From the NCBI GenBank assembly GCA_902795435.1, contig CADBLE010000006.1:45611-109610 (forward strand): a stretch of 64,000 nucleotides of DNA, in the 5' to 3' direction. The first letter of the stretch is position 1, and every line of letters begins with the position of its first letter. Under the pieces are notes generated by a model. That model had not been told where the DNA came from, searched no databases, and saw only the letters and a list, made by a program, of their open reading frames with translations. Positions 28,144 to 35,870 of the stretch are shown here, one piece after another. Source of the stretch: an uncultured Pseudomonadota bacterium (GTDB taxonomy: Bacteria; Pseudomonadota; Alphaproteobacteria; Rs-D84). The position numbers and the translations under genes are program-made.

Positions 28144-30897
28144 TTACACCAACTTCCATCTAAAATTAAACAAATCAACAGCGTTAACAACCATGCCTAA
28201 TCTATTACGCAATTCTTCTATTAACTGTTTACGTTTAAGATCTAATTCATCTTGAGCATCCCAATATTCTCTTTTCAAGTCTCTTTGTCTTTTTTCTATA
28301 TTAGCAATTTGCTCTTGTAACAAAAGTTTTCTGGAAGGATCAGAAGCAGTCAATTCTTCTTTGGTCAATCTTTTCAATTCCGCCTGGTTTTCTTTCTCTT
28401 CTCTTTCTAGTGGTTGTAATTTATCCGCTATATATTTATCAATCTTTTCCACTTCTTCACGCACAAACAATGAATTTCTTTCATTTGACTCAAACTTTGT
28501 ATTTTCAATATTTTTCTTTTTAATTGCCTCTATTTTATTAATTTGTTCATTTGACATATCTGGTATAGCATTTTCAGATAAAATTGATACTTTAAATAAT
28601 CTTGATAACATTTCTGGATTAACCTCATTTAAATTATCATCTATGCCAGATAAAACTAAATACTCTTCTTTTTCTAAAGTTTCTATAGTTACCAGCTGAC
28701 AATTACACCACCCAGAAATTCCTTTTCTAAAAGCGTCCTGCAACAAAGGTTCATTATTATTATTGCTCACATCAAAAAGCACCTCTTCAGATGGAATATT
28801 ATCATTCTTTGCTACATTTAATACATGTTCACTAATTGGATGAGATAAACGCAAAATTAAAGAACTATCAACATTCTGTCTTTTATCATCATATGTTATA
28901 AAATAATACTTTCCAATCGTACCGAGTTCTGAATTTTGTAATGTGAAAGAAAATTCATTATCATCAAAAACACCATCATCCTTAAGAATAAATTTACATA
29001 AATCCCAAAACATCTTCTGATATGAGGTTAACTGTTTTGTTGTTTCTGCTAAATTACCTTTTAATCTGTCCAAAACAGGTTGTGCAAAACCAGATAACAG
29101 CTTTTCTTTTGTTTTTTTGAGTTGTTCTGCAATAGCCTCTTCCATCATTTTTTGAAGTTCATTAAAAGCCCTTTCTATTTCTTCAGCTGTTCTACAGGTC
29201 TGATTTATTCTTAAAATACGCTGTTCTATATCTACGCCATCCTCGATTGTTCCTAAAACCTCATCAGAAACCCCGAACACACCCTCAAACAAATGGAATT
29301 TATCTCTTAAAAGTTCAAAAACCCTTTGATCTGCTTTATTAGATTGATTTACAAAATTTATAACTATAACATCATGCTTTTGCCCATATCGATGACAACG
29401 ACCAATTCTTTGTTCCACTCTTTGTGGATTCCATGGTAAATCATAATTAACAACGACGGAGCAAAATTGTATATTTAAGCCTTCCGCTCCCGCTTCTGTT
29501 GATATCATTATTTCTGCGTCACCTTTAAACTTTTCTAAAGTTTCTCTTTTTTGTGCTTTATTTCCACCGTTAAATAAAACTATTTTATCTCTATAACCAT
29601 TTTCTGTCAGATAATTAAACAAATAATCCTGGGTTCGTCTGCTTTCAGTAAATATCAACGCTTTCTTTAACGGCGGTTCCGCATCTTTTGAATTTTCTAT
29701 ATGAGAAAAGGTAACCTCTAAGGCTTTTTTTAAAGCCTCTGTCTTTTTATCAATTTTTATGGTGTTTGCACATTCAATAAAATGTTTAACCTTCGTTATT
29801 TCTTTATTAAGTTTTTCTTTATCTATTTTTCCTTCATCTTCGGTGGAGACTTCATCTATTTCATCCAGATCATCTATCATTAAACCTAATTTTTCATCTT
29901 CTTCAGAAGTATCTATTCCTGCTTTAAGGTTTTCTAATCTGACCAATATGGTTTCAAAAGTACCCGCAATAGCAGCCGAAGAAGATGCCAACAATTTATA
30001 TACAACCAAACTCACAAGCTGTCTTGATTTTTTTGGTAACGCGTACTCGCTTTCATGTAAATAGTCTTTTATTTCATTGTACAAACTAAGTTCTTCATCA
30101 GATGGAGTAAAAGGAAATGTAGACGCTTTACGTTTTGTATATCTTATGTATTCTAAAACATTTCGTCTTAATGTTCTTTTGCAAAAAACGTTTAATCTTT
30201 CTTGCAATCTTTCATCATTTTGCTTTATACCTGTAGTATATTGGGCCCTGAAAGATTTTGCATCGCTAAATATACCAGGATCAATAATTTGGCTCAAGCC
30301 GTATAATTCCATTAATGAATTTTGAAGTGGAGTAGCCGTTAACAACAGTTTCTTTCTACCGTTCAAAGCGGTTTTTAAGGTATTACTCATAATGCTACTT
30401 TCTTTATAAACATTACGTAATTTATGAGCTTCATCCATAACCACTAAATCCCAACAAACTGGCTGCAAATCCGCCTCTACCCGAACAGCAAAATTGTACG
30501 ACATTATTATGATTTTATCTTTAAGATTTAAAATCCCTTTTGAATAATTTCCCTTATCTACAATAACTGCTTTTAATCCAAATTTATCTTCTAATTCACT
30601 TTTCCATTGTTCTCGTAAAGATGCAGGACAAATAACTATCAAATGTCTTTTGTTTTCAGCCCAAAATTGAGCCAACACCATACCAGCTTCAATAGACTTT
30701 CCCAATCCTACCTCGTCAGCCAATAAAACACCTTTTGATAAAGGAGAATGAAGTGCAAAAACAGCAGCATCAACTTGGTGTGGCTGCAGATCCACTTGAG
30801 CGTCCATAAGTGTTCTGGATAAAGCCCCTAAAGTATCATCCTTATTGATTCTAGTCAATTCGTATGCAAAATATTTGGCCTGTTGTCGAGAAATCAT
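28144..30897 (-). CDS. SNF2-family helicase with C-terminal coiled-coil region
   Basis: LQPHQVDAAVFAL, LLADEVGLGKSIEAG (motif I), VVMDEAHKLRN (DEAH), LLLTATPLQNS, QRIGRCHRYGQ (motif VI). The last 350 aa or so are coiled-coil rich. Confidence 0.85.
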   Translation of the reverse strand: MISRQQAKYFAYELTRINKDDTLGALSRTLMDAQVDLQPHQVDAAVFALHSPLSKGVLLADEVGLGKSIEAGMVLAQFWAENKRHLIVICPASLREQWKSELEDKFGLKAVIVDKGNYSKGILNLKDKIIIMSYNFAVRVEADLQPVCWDLVVMDEAHKLRNVYKESSIMSNTLKTALNGRKKLLLTATPLQNSLMELYGLSQIIDPGIFSDAKSFRAQYTTGIKQNDERLQERLNVFCKRTLRRNVLEYIRYTKRKASTFPFTPSDEELSLYNEIKDYLHESEYALPKKSRQLVSLVVYKLLASSSAAIAGTFETILVRLENLKAGIDTSEEDEKLGLMIDDLDEIDEVSTEDEGKIDKEKLNKEITKVKHFIECANTIKIDKKTEALKKALEVTFSHIENSKDAEPPLKKALIFTESRRTQDYLFNYLTENGYRDKIVLFNGGNKAQKRETLEKFKGDAEIMISTEAGAEGLNIQFCSVVVNYDLPWNPQRVEQRIGRCHRYGQKHDVIVINFVNQSNKADQRVFELLRDKFHLFEGVFGVSDEVLGTIEDGVDIEQRILRINQTCRTAEEIERAFNELQKMMEEAIAEQLKKTKEKLLSGFAQPVLDRLKGNLAETTKQLTSYQKMFWDLCKFILKDDGVFDDNEFSFTLQNSELGTIGKYYFITYDDKRQNVDSSLILRLSHPISEHVLNVAKNDNIPSEEVLFDVSNNNNEPLLQDAFRKGISGWCNCQLVTIETLEKEEYLVLSGIDDNLNEVNPEMLSRLFKVSILSENAIPDMSNEQINKIEAIKKKNIENTKFESNERNSLFVREEVEKIDKYIADKLQPLEREEKENQAELKRLTKEELTASDPSRKLLLQEQIANIEKRQRDLKREYWDAQDELDLKRKQLIEELRNRLGMVVNAVDLFNFRWKLV

Positions 30898-30994
30898 AGT
30901 CGATCCTATATGTTTGTCTTCCTATAAAATACAACACATAACAAAAGTTATCAACTAATAAAACGAATATTTATTAAGATATATTCAAGATTAA

Positions 30995-31651
30995 TTATTC
31001 AGCCACAATACTATTATAAACAAGCTCCATTCCCATACAATAATCTTTGGTTGCTTGTTTATATTTATCCTCTATACGCTTTTTTTCTTCGTTCAAACTA
31101 TCCGTTAATTTACGAAAGTTTGATTGTGCTTTACGAATTTCAGCAACGATTTTACGTTGTTCTTCTATGCTTTTTTTAGGGACAGATACAGAAGATAAAT
31201 AATCTTTGGTTAATAATCTTACACTAGGTTTTTTACCTTCTTTTATCTTTTCTTGTTCTTGTTTTTCCAACATATCTTGAAATTCTTGACGTTCAAAGAA
31301 ACAATTAATAAACGCAGATACATATTCAGGAAGATATTCTGTGCTATTTAAACGTATAATAAAGAGACCTGAATTTGCAATAACTGGTCCGGTTAACCAT
31401 TCTTCTTTCACAACCATTGATACAAATTTATGTCTTATTGAGCATAAAATATCACCAGATCTTAATAATCTGTCTTGGAGAACGCCAACTTTTTCCCTTT
31501 TAACAAAGATTGCATCATCTATGCTTTCGGAAAAAACCTCTTTTGGTTGCAATACCTTTATATCGCCTTCCTTATCTGCCTTAATAGAGCCTCTAAAATC
31601 TCTACCAAGACTTATATCTGATATTTCACCCAATGTCGCAATTTTTGACAT
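30995..31651 (-). CDS. Type I restriction S-subunit-like protein (single target-recognition domain)
   Basis: N-terminal ATLGEISDISLGRDF. LRSGDIL. The conserved-region signature VSVPKKSIEEQRKIVAEIRKA matches IPxPPLxEQxxIxxxL, followed by a coiled coil. No hsdM or hsdR in the window. Confidence 0.6.
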   Translation of the reverse strand: MSKIATLGEISDISLGRDFRGSIKADKEGDIKVLQPKEVFSESIDDAIFVKREKVGVLQDRLLRSGDILCSIRHKFVSMVVKEEWLTGPVIANSGLFIIRLNSTEYLPEYVSAFINCFFERQEFQDMLEKQEQEKIKEGKKPSVRLLTKDYLSSVSVPKKSIEEQRKIVAEIRKAQSNFRKLTDSLNEEKKRIEDKYKQATKDYCMGMELVYNSIVAE

Positions 31652-31734
31652 AAAAGACTCCTATTTATGTATTCATTTTTATGTATTCATTAAGCACATT
31701 GTACAAAAAATTTTCAAAAAATCAACAAAAAAGC

Positions 31735-31763
31735 TTGCAATATTGAAACTATTGCATTATATT
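31735..31763 (+). promoter_or_regulatory. Sigma70-like promoter of the integrase gene (TTGCAA, 17 nt, TATATT)
   Basis: TTGCAA at 31735-31740 and TATATT at 31758-31763. The predicted transcription start falls inside the palindrome at 31769-31789. Confidence 0.45.
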
Positions 31764-31768
31764 AGTAT

Positions 31769-31789
31769 TGCAGTACCATAACTACTGCA
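31769..31789. promoter_or_regulatory. Palindromic operator-like site TGCAGTACCAT-N5-CTGCA (copy 2)
   Basis: TGCAGTACCATAACTACTGCA. The first 11 nt and the last 5 nt are identical to 13873-13893. Confidence 0.45.
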
Positions 31790-31843
31790 TTATTTAGAAC
31801 CAGATTTACAGTATAATAACTATTGCAACCAAAGGAGTGATAA

Positions 31844-33190
31844 ATGGAAATTAAAAAGTCATTAAAATTAAGTAGCAAAACAAAAGTACAAGAATTACAA
31901 CCAGATCCAAACAAAAAGTACAGAGTACACGATAGCGACCAAAGCGAATTATGTATTCTTGTCTACCCTTCCGGTAAAAAGAGCTGGGAAATTTATAAAA
32001 AAATTAAGGGCACTAACAAAATCAAAGAAACTATTTTGGGGAACTTCCCGGATTTACTATATGAAAGAGCACGTGCAGAAGTACAGAAACAACTATTAGA
32101 AATGGCTTCAAACGCCCTTAATCCTAAAGCTAACTTATGTCCAAAATTGGACCCTAAAACCACTTTATCAGAATGGTTTTATAATGAATACATTCCTAAA
32201 TTTTGTTGTGATAGAGATCCCAAAACAAACAGCAAAGATGAAGGGATGTTTAGAATTTTATTAAATAGTTTACACGATAAACCTATCTTCTCTATTCAGA
32301 AAGCAGAATTAATGCAACTACATAAACAGATAAAAGATTCTAATCTAAGCCCACAAACAGCAAATCGGGCAATAGGTATATTAAAAGCAATGTTCAACAT
32401 ACTAATAAGGGAAGATTTGGCTCCAGATACATTCAGAAATCCTGCTATTGGTATAAAATATTACCCAGAAGAAGCAAGACACGTATTTATAACACCCGAA
32501 CATCTGCCATTTTTTATAGAAGAATTAGAAAACTGGCCAAATCCGGGATTCATAAATTTCGTCAAACTAAGTTTGTTTTCTGGTCTAAGGGAAAATGAAA
32601 TCTTACAATTAAAATGGTCAAATCTGAAAACAATAGACTTAACAACATCAACTGTGACCCCAAATGAGGTTGTACACATTGAACAACCCAAAGGGCATAA
32701 CAAAAGTGGTGCGAAAGATTTTGCCATATCGGCAGAATTCAAAAACGTATTGAAACAAATGAATTCTATAAACCATAACCCAGAAGATTATTTATTTCCT
32801 AGTCGAGAAGATACGACAAAACATGTAAAAAACTATACACACGTTTGGCATAGATTTTTAGACCGCCTGAAGGCCAGATTGAAACAAGAAGGGATTGAGT
32901 TTCACGATCCTATAGACGAAGAACCAGACACATATATACAATATAAAGTCAATGGTAAAATTGTTACAAGAAAAAAACGTAAAAATCATATGTACAGAAT
33001 CCATGACCTTAGACGTAGTGTCGGGGCTTATATGATCAAGGCCGGCAGATCTTGTGAGCAGATAGCCAAGGTATTAGGAAACACACCAGCTGTTGTACAG
33101 AAAACTTATTCCCCTATGCTTAAAGAAGACCAACAGGTTTATCTTGAATCTGGCATGGCTGAACTTACTGATGCAATGAAAATAAAATAA
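31844..33190 (+). CDS. int: Tyrosine recombinase / phage-type integrase
   Basis: SAM-like N-domain. Catalytic residues are in the expected order: GLRENEILQLKW (Arg), HDLRRSVGAYM (His-x-x-Arg), VVQKTYSPM (Tyr). SD AAAGGAG. Confidence 0.85.
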   Translation: MEIKKSLKLSSKTKVQELQPDPNKKYRVHDSDQSELCILVYPSGKKSWEIYKKIKGTNKIKETILGNFPDLLYERARAEVQKQLLEMASNALNPKANLCPKLDPKTTLSEWFYNEYIPKFCCDRDPKTNSKDEGMFRILLNSLHDKPIFSIQKAELMQLHKQIKDSNLSPQTANRAIGILKAMFNILIREDLAPDTFRNPAIGIKYYPEEARHVFITPEHLPFFIEELENWPNPGFINFVKLSLFSGLRENEILQLKWSNLKTIDLTTSTVTPNEVVHIEQPKGHNKSGAKDFAISAEFKNVLKQMNSINHNPEDYLFPSREDTTKHVKNYTHVWHRFLDRLKARLKQEGIEFHDPIDEEPDTYIQYKVNGKIVTRKKRKNHMYRIHDLRRSVGAYMIKAGRSCEQIAKVLGNTPAVVQKTYSPMLKEDQQVYLESGMAELTDAMKIK

Positions 33191-33215
33191 CCCTTATTGT
33201 TTTGTATATGAATTT

Positions 33216-33239
33216 AGCACCCGTTATGGGTGCTTTTTA
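33216..33239 (+). terminator. Rho-independent terminator after int
   Basis: AGCACCC / GGGTGCT stem, 5-nt loop, T-run. Confidence 0.7.
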
Positions 33240-33306
33240 TTTCTTATATTTGACTAAATTTCTATTATAATAGAAAAAATATTTGTGAGATCCGGTAGGA
33301 TTTTTC

Positions 33307-33326
33307 AATCCTACCAAAATCCAACT
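33307..33326 (+). repeat. Third copy of the att-core-like 20-mer AATCCTACCAAAATCCAACT
   Basis: Matches 12095-12114 and 33716-33735 with 1-2 mismatches. The following CCATTAATTAACCACGATTAAATCT resembles the sequence following the other two copies. Confidence 0.7.
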
Positions 33327-33502
33327 TGTTGCCTTAAAAACCATTAATTAACCACGATTAAATCTATGTTGTTTTGTAAAAAATTAACACTAAAAGACAC
33401 CTATATTAAATGATTCACAACATGCTTACACAGCAGATTTCCGGGGTTTTATTAACAAACAATCCGTATCAAGTTACAGCCCATTTTTACAGTAGCACTA
33501 CT

Positions 33503-33520
33503 ACTGTTAATCCGTCTGTC
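33503..33520 (+). pseudogene. tRNA-Asn anticodon-arm fragment
   Basis: ACTGTTAATCCGTcTGTC versus the tRNA 12001-12018 ACTGTTAATCCGTaTGTC. It overlaps a perfect 7-bp inverted repeat ACAGTAG-N5-CTACTGT (33489-33507). Confidence 0.6.
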
Positions 33521-33662
33521 GAGGTCTACAAAGTACCAAAATAGTAAAAAATCCCAGATTCCTCTATTGTTTATCGATTTTTGGTAGGTTTATCTTATTT
33601 AGGTCAGAGGTTAAAGATAGTACCTCTTCATAACATTCTTTTTGAATCGATTTTAACGCTGG

Positions 33663-33737
33663 GAGCCAGATTTCCGGGGCTTTCAAGACTTTTTGTTTTG
33701 AGGCCTTTTTTCTTAAATCCTACCAGAATCCAACTAA
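33663..33737 (+). repeat. Right island junction (attR-like) direct repeat
   Basis: GAGCCAGATTTCCGG followed by the 60-bp repeat at 33678-33737 (see 12041-12116). CAGATTTCCGGGG also occurs at 33434-33446. Confidence 0.85.
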
Positions 33738-33871
33738 TTCCATTAATTCTGGTTAAATCTGGTTAATAATCCTACCAATTTTATCGCTAGCTCTTTAGGA
33801 TTAAATTTACATAAATCTATTGAAAAATCCGCTTTTATACCTATATAAATAGCAATAAAAAAGGTAAAAAA

Positions 33872-34720
33872 ATGGAATCCAACAACACAGCACGAAAATC
33901 TATATTTGAAATTCTTGAAGACCAGTATGATTTCAACAAAGAATTCAGAAAAATTTCGCATTTATTTGCTTGTAATATGGTTCATATCAATATGTACGGA
34001 TATCCAATAGAGATGTTCGTGAATAACATTTTTTATAAATGGAAGGGGCGTGGCAGTTGCGTTAATTGTGGAGACATGCGAACAGAACTAAATATTGATA
34101 CGATATTAAAACTCCAAACACCATCTCAAAACGACATTATTTTATGCCTCGAATATTATTCAAATATTTTGTATGTATTTTTGACAAAGTGGGCCACCGG
34201 TGCAGATTCAAACTGCATTAGCAAAGATATTGAGATATTAAAAACTAACTTAGATTTATTAATAGACCATATGAATTTAACAAAACAAATCGTAGAAGAC
34301 GAAGAAAGGGTAATTTTAGTTTCTAAAAATCCAGCTGCAACTGCTGTCGCAGAAACCGCATCAAAAGAGATTGCTTTTGCAATACTAAAATACAATCATG
34401 CCTCATTAAAAGGTCAGACAGAAGAAAAACGTAAGTTATTACATTCCATTGCCAATGAGTACGAAGATTTGCTAGATAAACCAACAAATGGTTTTAGTGA
34501 ATATTTTAAAACCGCTCGTGGTTTATTAAATAATTTGAATATTCGTCATAATAATAAGAGCGGTAAAAATAAAAACGATCTAGTACAAAAAATGTCCAAA
34601 GAAGAATTGGAAAAACAATATGATGAATTATATCAACTGCTTCTGTTCTGTATTTTAACTAAGGAAAATGTAGAACGCAAAAAAGCGGCAGATGAACTTT
34701 TAAAACAAATAAAAGGATAA
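33872..34720 (+). CDS. Hypothetical protein (282 aa), first gene of a three-gene cassette
   Basis: Long ORF with no motif assigned. 4-nt gap to the next gene. Confidence 0.6.
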   Translation: MESNNTARKSIFEILEDQYDFNKEFRKISHLFACNMVHINMYGYPIEMFVNNIFYKWKGRGSCVNCGDMRTELNIDTILKLQTPSQNDIILCLEYYSNILYVFLTKWATGADSNCISKDIEILKTNLDLLIDHMNLTKQIVEDEERVILVSKNPAATAVAETASKEIAFAILKYNHASLKGQTEEKRKLLHSIANEYEDLLDKPTNGFSEYFKTARGLLNNLNIRHNNKSGKNKNDLVQKMSKEELEKQYDELYQLLLFCILTKENVERKKAADELLKQIKG

Positions 34721-34724
34721 TAAC

Positions 34725-35006
34725 ATGGAAGCTATTGGTGTTATATTATTTATAGTTATTTCTATATGGTTTAACTATTTTAAACGCAAATTACGTAGAG
34801 ATTATTATAGAAATGATTATTTAAAATCTGAAGCATGGCAAAGGAAACGCTATCTTGTTTTAAAAAGAGATAACTGGAGATGTGTATACTGTGGAGCTAG
34901 AGCAACCCAAGTACATCATTTAAAGTATGCAAAAAACATCGGTCGAGAACCGATCGACTGGCTAGTTTCTATTTGTGATGAATGTCATAAAACCAAACAT
35001 AAATGA
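34725..35006 (+). CDS. Small HNH endonuclease with N-terminal transmembrane helix
   Basis: MEAIGVILFIVISIWFNYF (TM helix), then YLKSEAWQRKRYLVLKRDNWRCVYCGARATQVHHLKY...ICDECHKTKH (HNH with CxxC...CxxC zinc pairs). Confidence 0.75.
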   Translation: MEAIGVILFIVISIWFNYFKRKLRRDYYRNDYLKSEAWQRKRYLVLKRDNWRCVYCGARATQVHHLKYAKNIGREPIDWLVSICDECHKTKHK

Positions 35007-35029
35007 CCTAATAAAAACATGGTGTTATT

Positions 35030-35812
35030 ATGGATACAACTAAATATTTAAGTTATATAAAAGATTATCAAATAGCTGTTGACAACATCGTTCCTTTAAA
35101 TGGAAATGTACCAGGATTAAACCTAAAATTGTTAAACAAACGATTACATGATGCCAAAGAGGCTTTTTTGTGTTTGCATTATAAGAATATGCATATGGAC
35201 GCCATGTTAATAGCAGGACATATTTTAGAAATTTGTGCAGCAATATATTATATTAAATCGGCTAAAGACAAATTATTAAACACAAGAATTTATGTTGCAA
35301 AATCAACCGTTCAAAGTTTGTACGATTTGTTAAACGTAGATAAAACAGAACAACAAGATAAACTATACAAAGACACGATTAACGATTTTCTTAATTATTT
35401 GGAAGATATGGGGCACTTAATACTAAAACCCATTAATAAAGAGAACAAAAAAGAATTTAATAAACAACTTGTTGCAAAAATCAGATCCGAAAATTTAACA
35501 AATATCGAAAAAACAAAACTCATCAAGAAATACTATGACAAACCTATAGTAAACGATTCCATCGTTTACTTTATAGAAGGAATGAAAGAAAGAGCAAAAA
35601 ACAATCCAAATGAAAATGTTCAAAAAATAGAAGAAGCTATGAATCTTTTCTATGTTTCTTATTGCAGAATAAAACACGCAAGTGCGTTATTATATCCAGG
35701 GCATTTAGAAGAAGATAATATTGTAATAGACAATAACAAACCAGAGCTATCTATCCCTGCAGTATTTTTGTGTTTAGATATGATATCCGATAATCCTGTA
35801 CATCTAATTTAA
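35030..35812 (+). CDS. Hypothetical helical protein (260 aa), faint AbiV/DUF5677-like N-terminus
   Basis: LNKRLHDAKEAFLCLHYKNMHMDAMLIAGHILEICAAIYYIK vaguely resembles the N-terminal helices of AbiV-type proteins. Not a confident assignment. Confidence 0.5.
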   Translation: MDTTKYLSYIKDYQIAVDNIVPLNGNVPGLNLKLLNKRLHDAKEAFLCLHYKNMHMDAMLIAGHILEICAAIYYIKSAKDKLLNTRIYVAKSTVQSLYDLLNVDKTEQQDKLYKDTINDFLNYLEDMGHLILKPINKENKKEFNKQLVAKIRSENLTNIEKTKLIKKYYDKPIVNDSIVYFIEGMKERAKNNPNENVQKIEEAMNLFYVSYCRIKHASALLYPGHLEEDNIVIDNNKPELSIPAVFLCLDMISDNPVHLI

Positions 35813-35870
35813 CACTATTCTCAGAGTAAAAAGACTAAAAAACAGCCAAAAACTCATAAAAATTCATTTT

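Larger units (their letters stand above)
12047..33737. mobile_element. Integrative genomic island at tRNA-Asn (about 21.6 kb) carrying integrase, Rep-like/HTH backbone and defence cargo
   Basis: Begins immediately after tRNA-Asn. It is flanked by the 60-bp direct repeat. A tyrosine integrase (31844-33190) lies at the distal end, and excisionase-type HTH genes and a HUH Rep-like gene lie inside. Confidence 0.8.

Noticed and set aside
25109-30897. Annotating the MotAB-containing module as canonical Zorya type I or II
   Set aside because: I find no ZorC-like (EH-signature) protein and no HNH-type ZorE. The gene order is reversed and an ankyrin protein is present. It is therefore kept as Zorya-like or unclassified.
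31797-31812. GAACCAGATTTACAGT upstream of int resembles the tRNA-Asn 3-prime flank GAGCCACAGATTACAAG, so it could be a residual attP core
   Set aside because: The similarity is short and gapped in an AT-rich region, and I cannot assess its significance without alignment statistics. It is noted only as a possible integrase-binding site.
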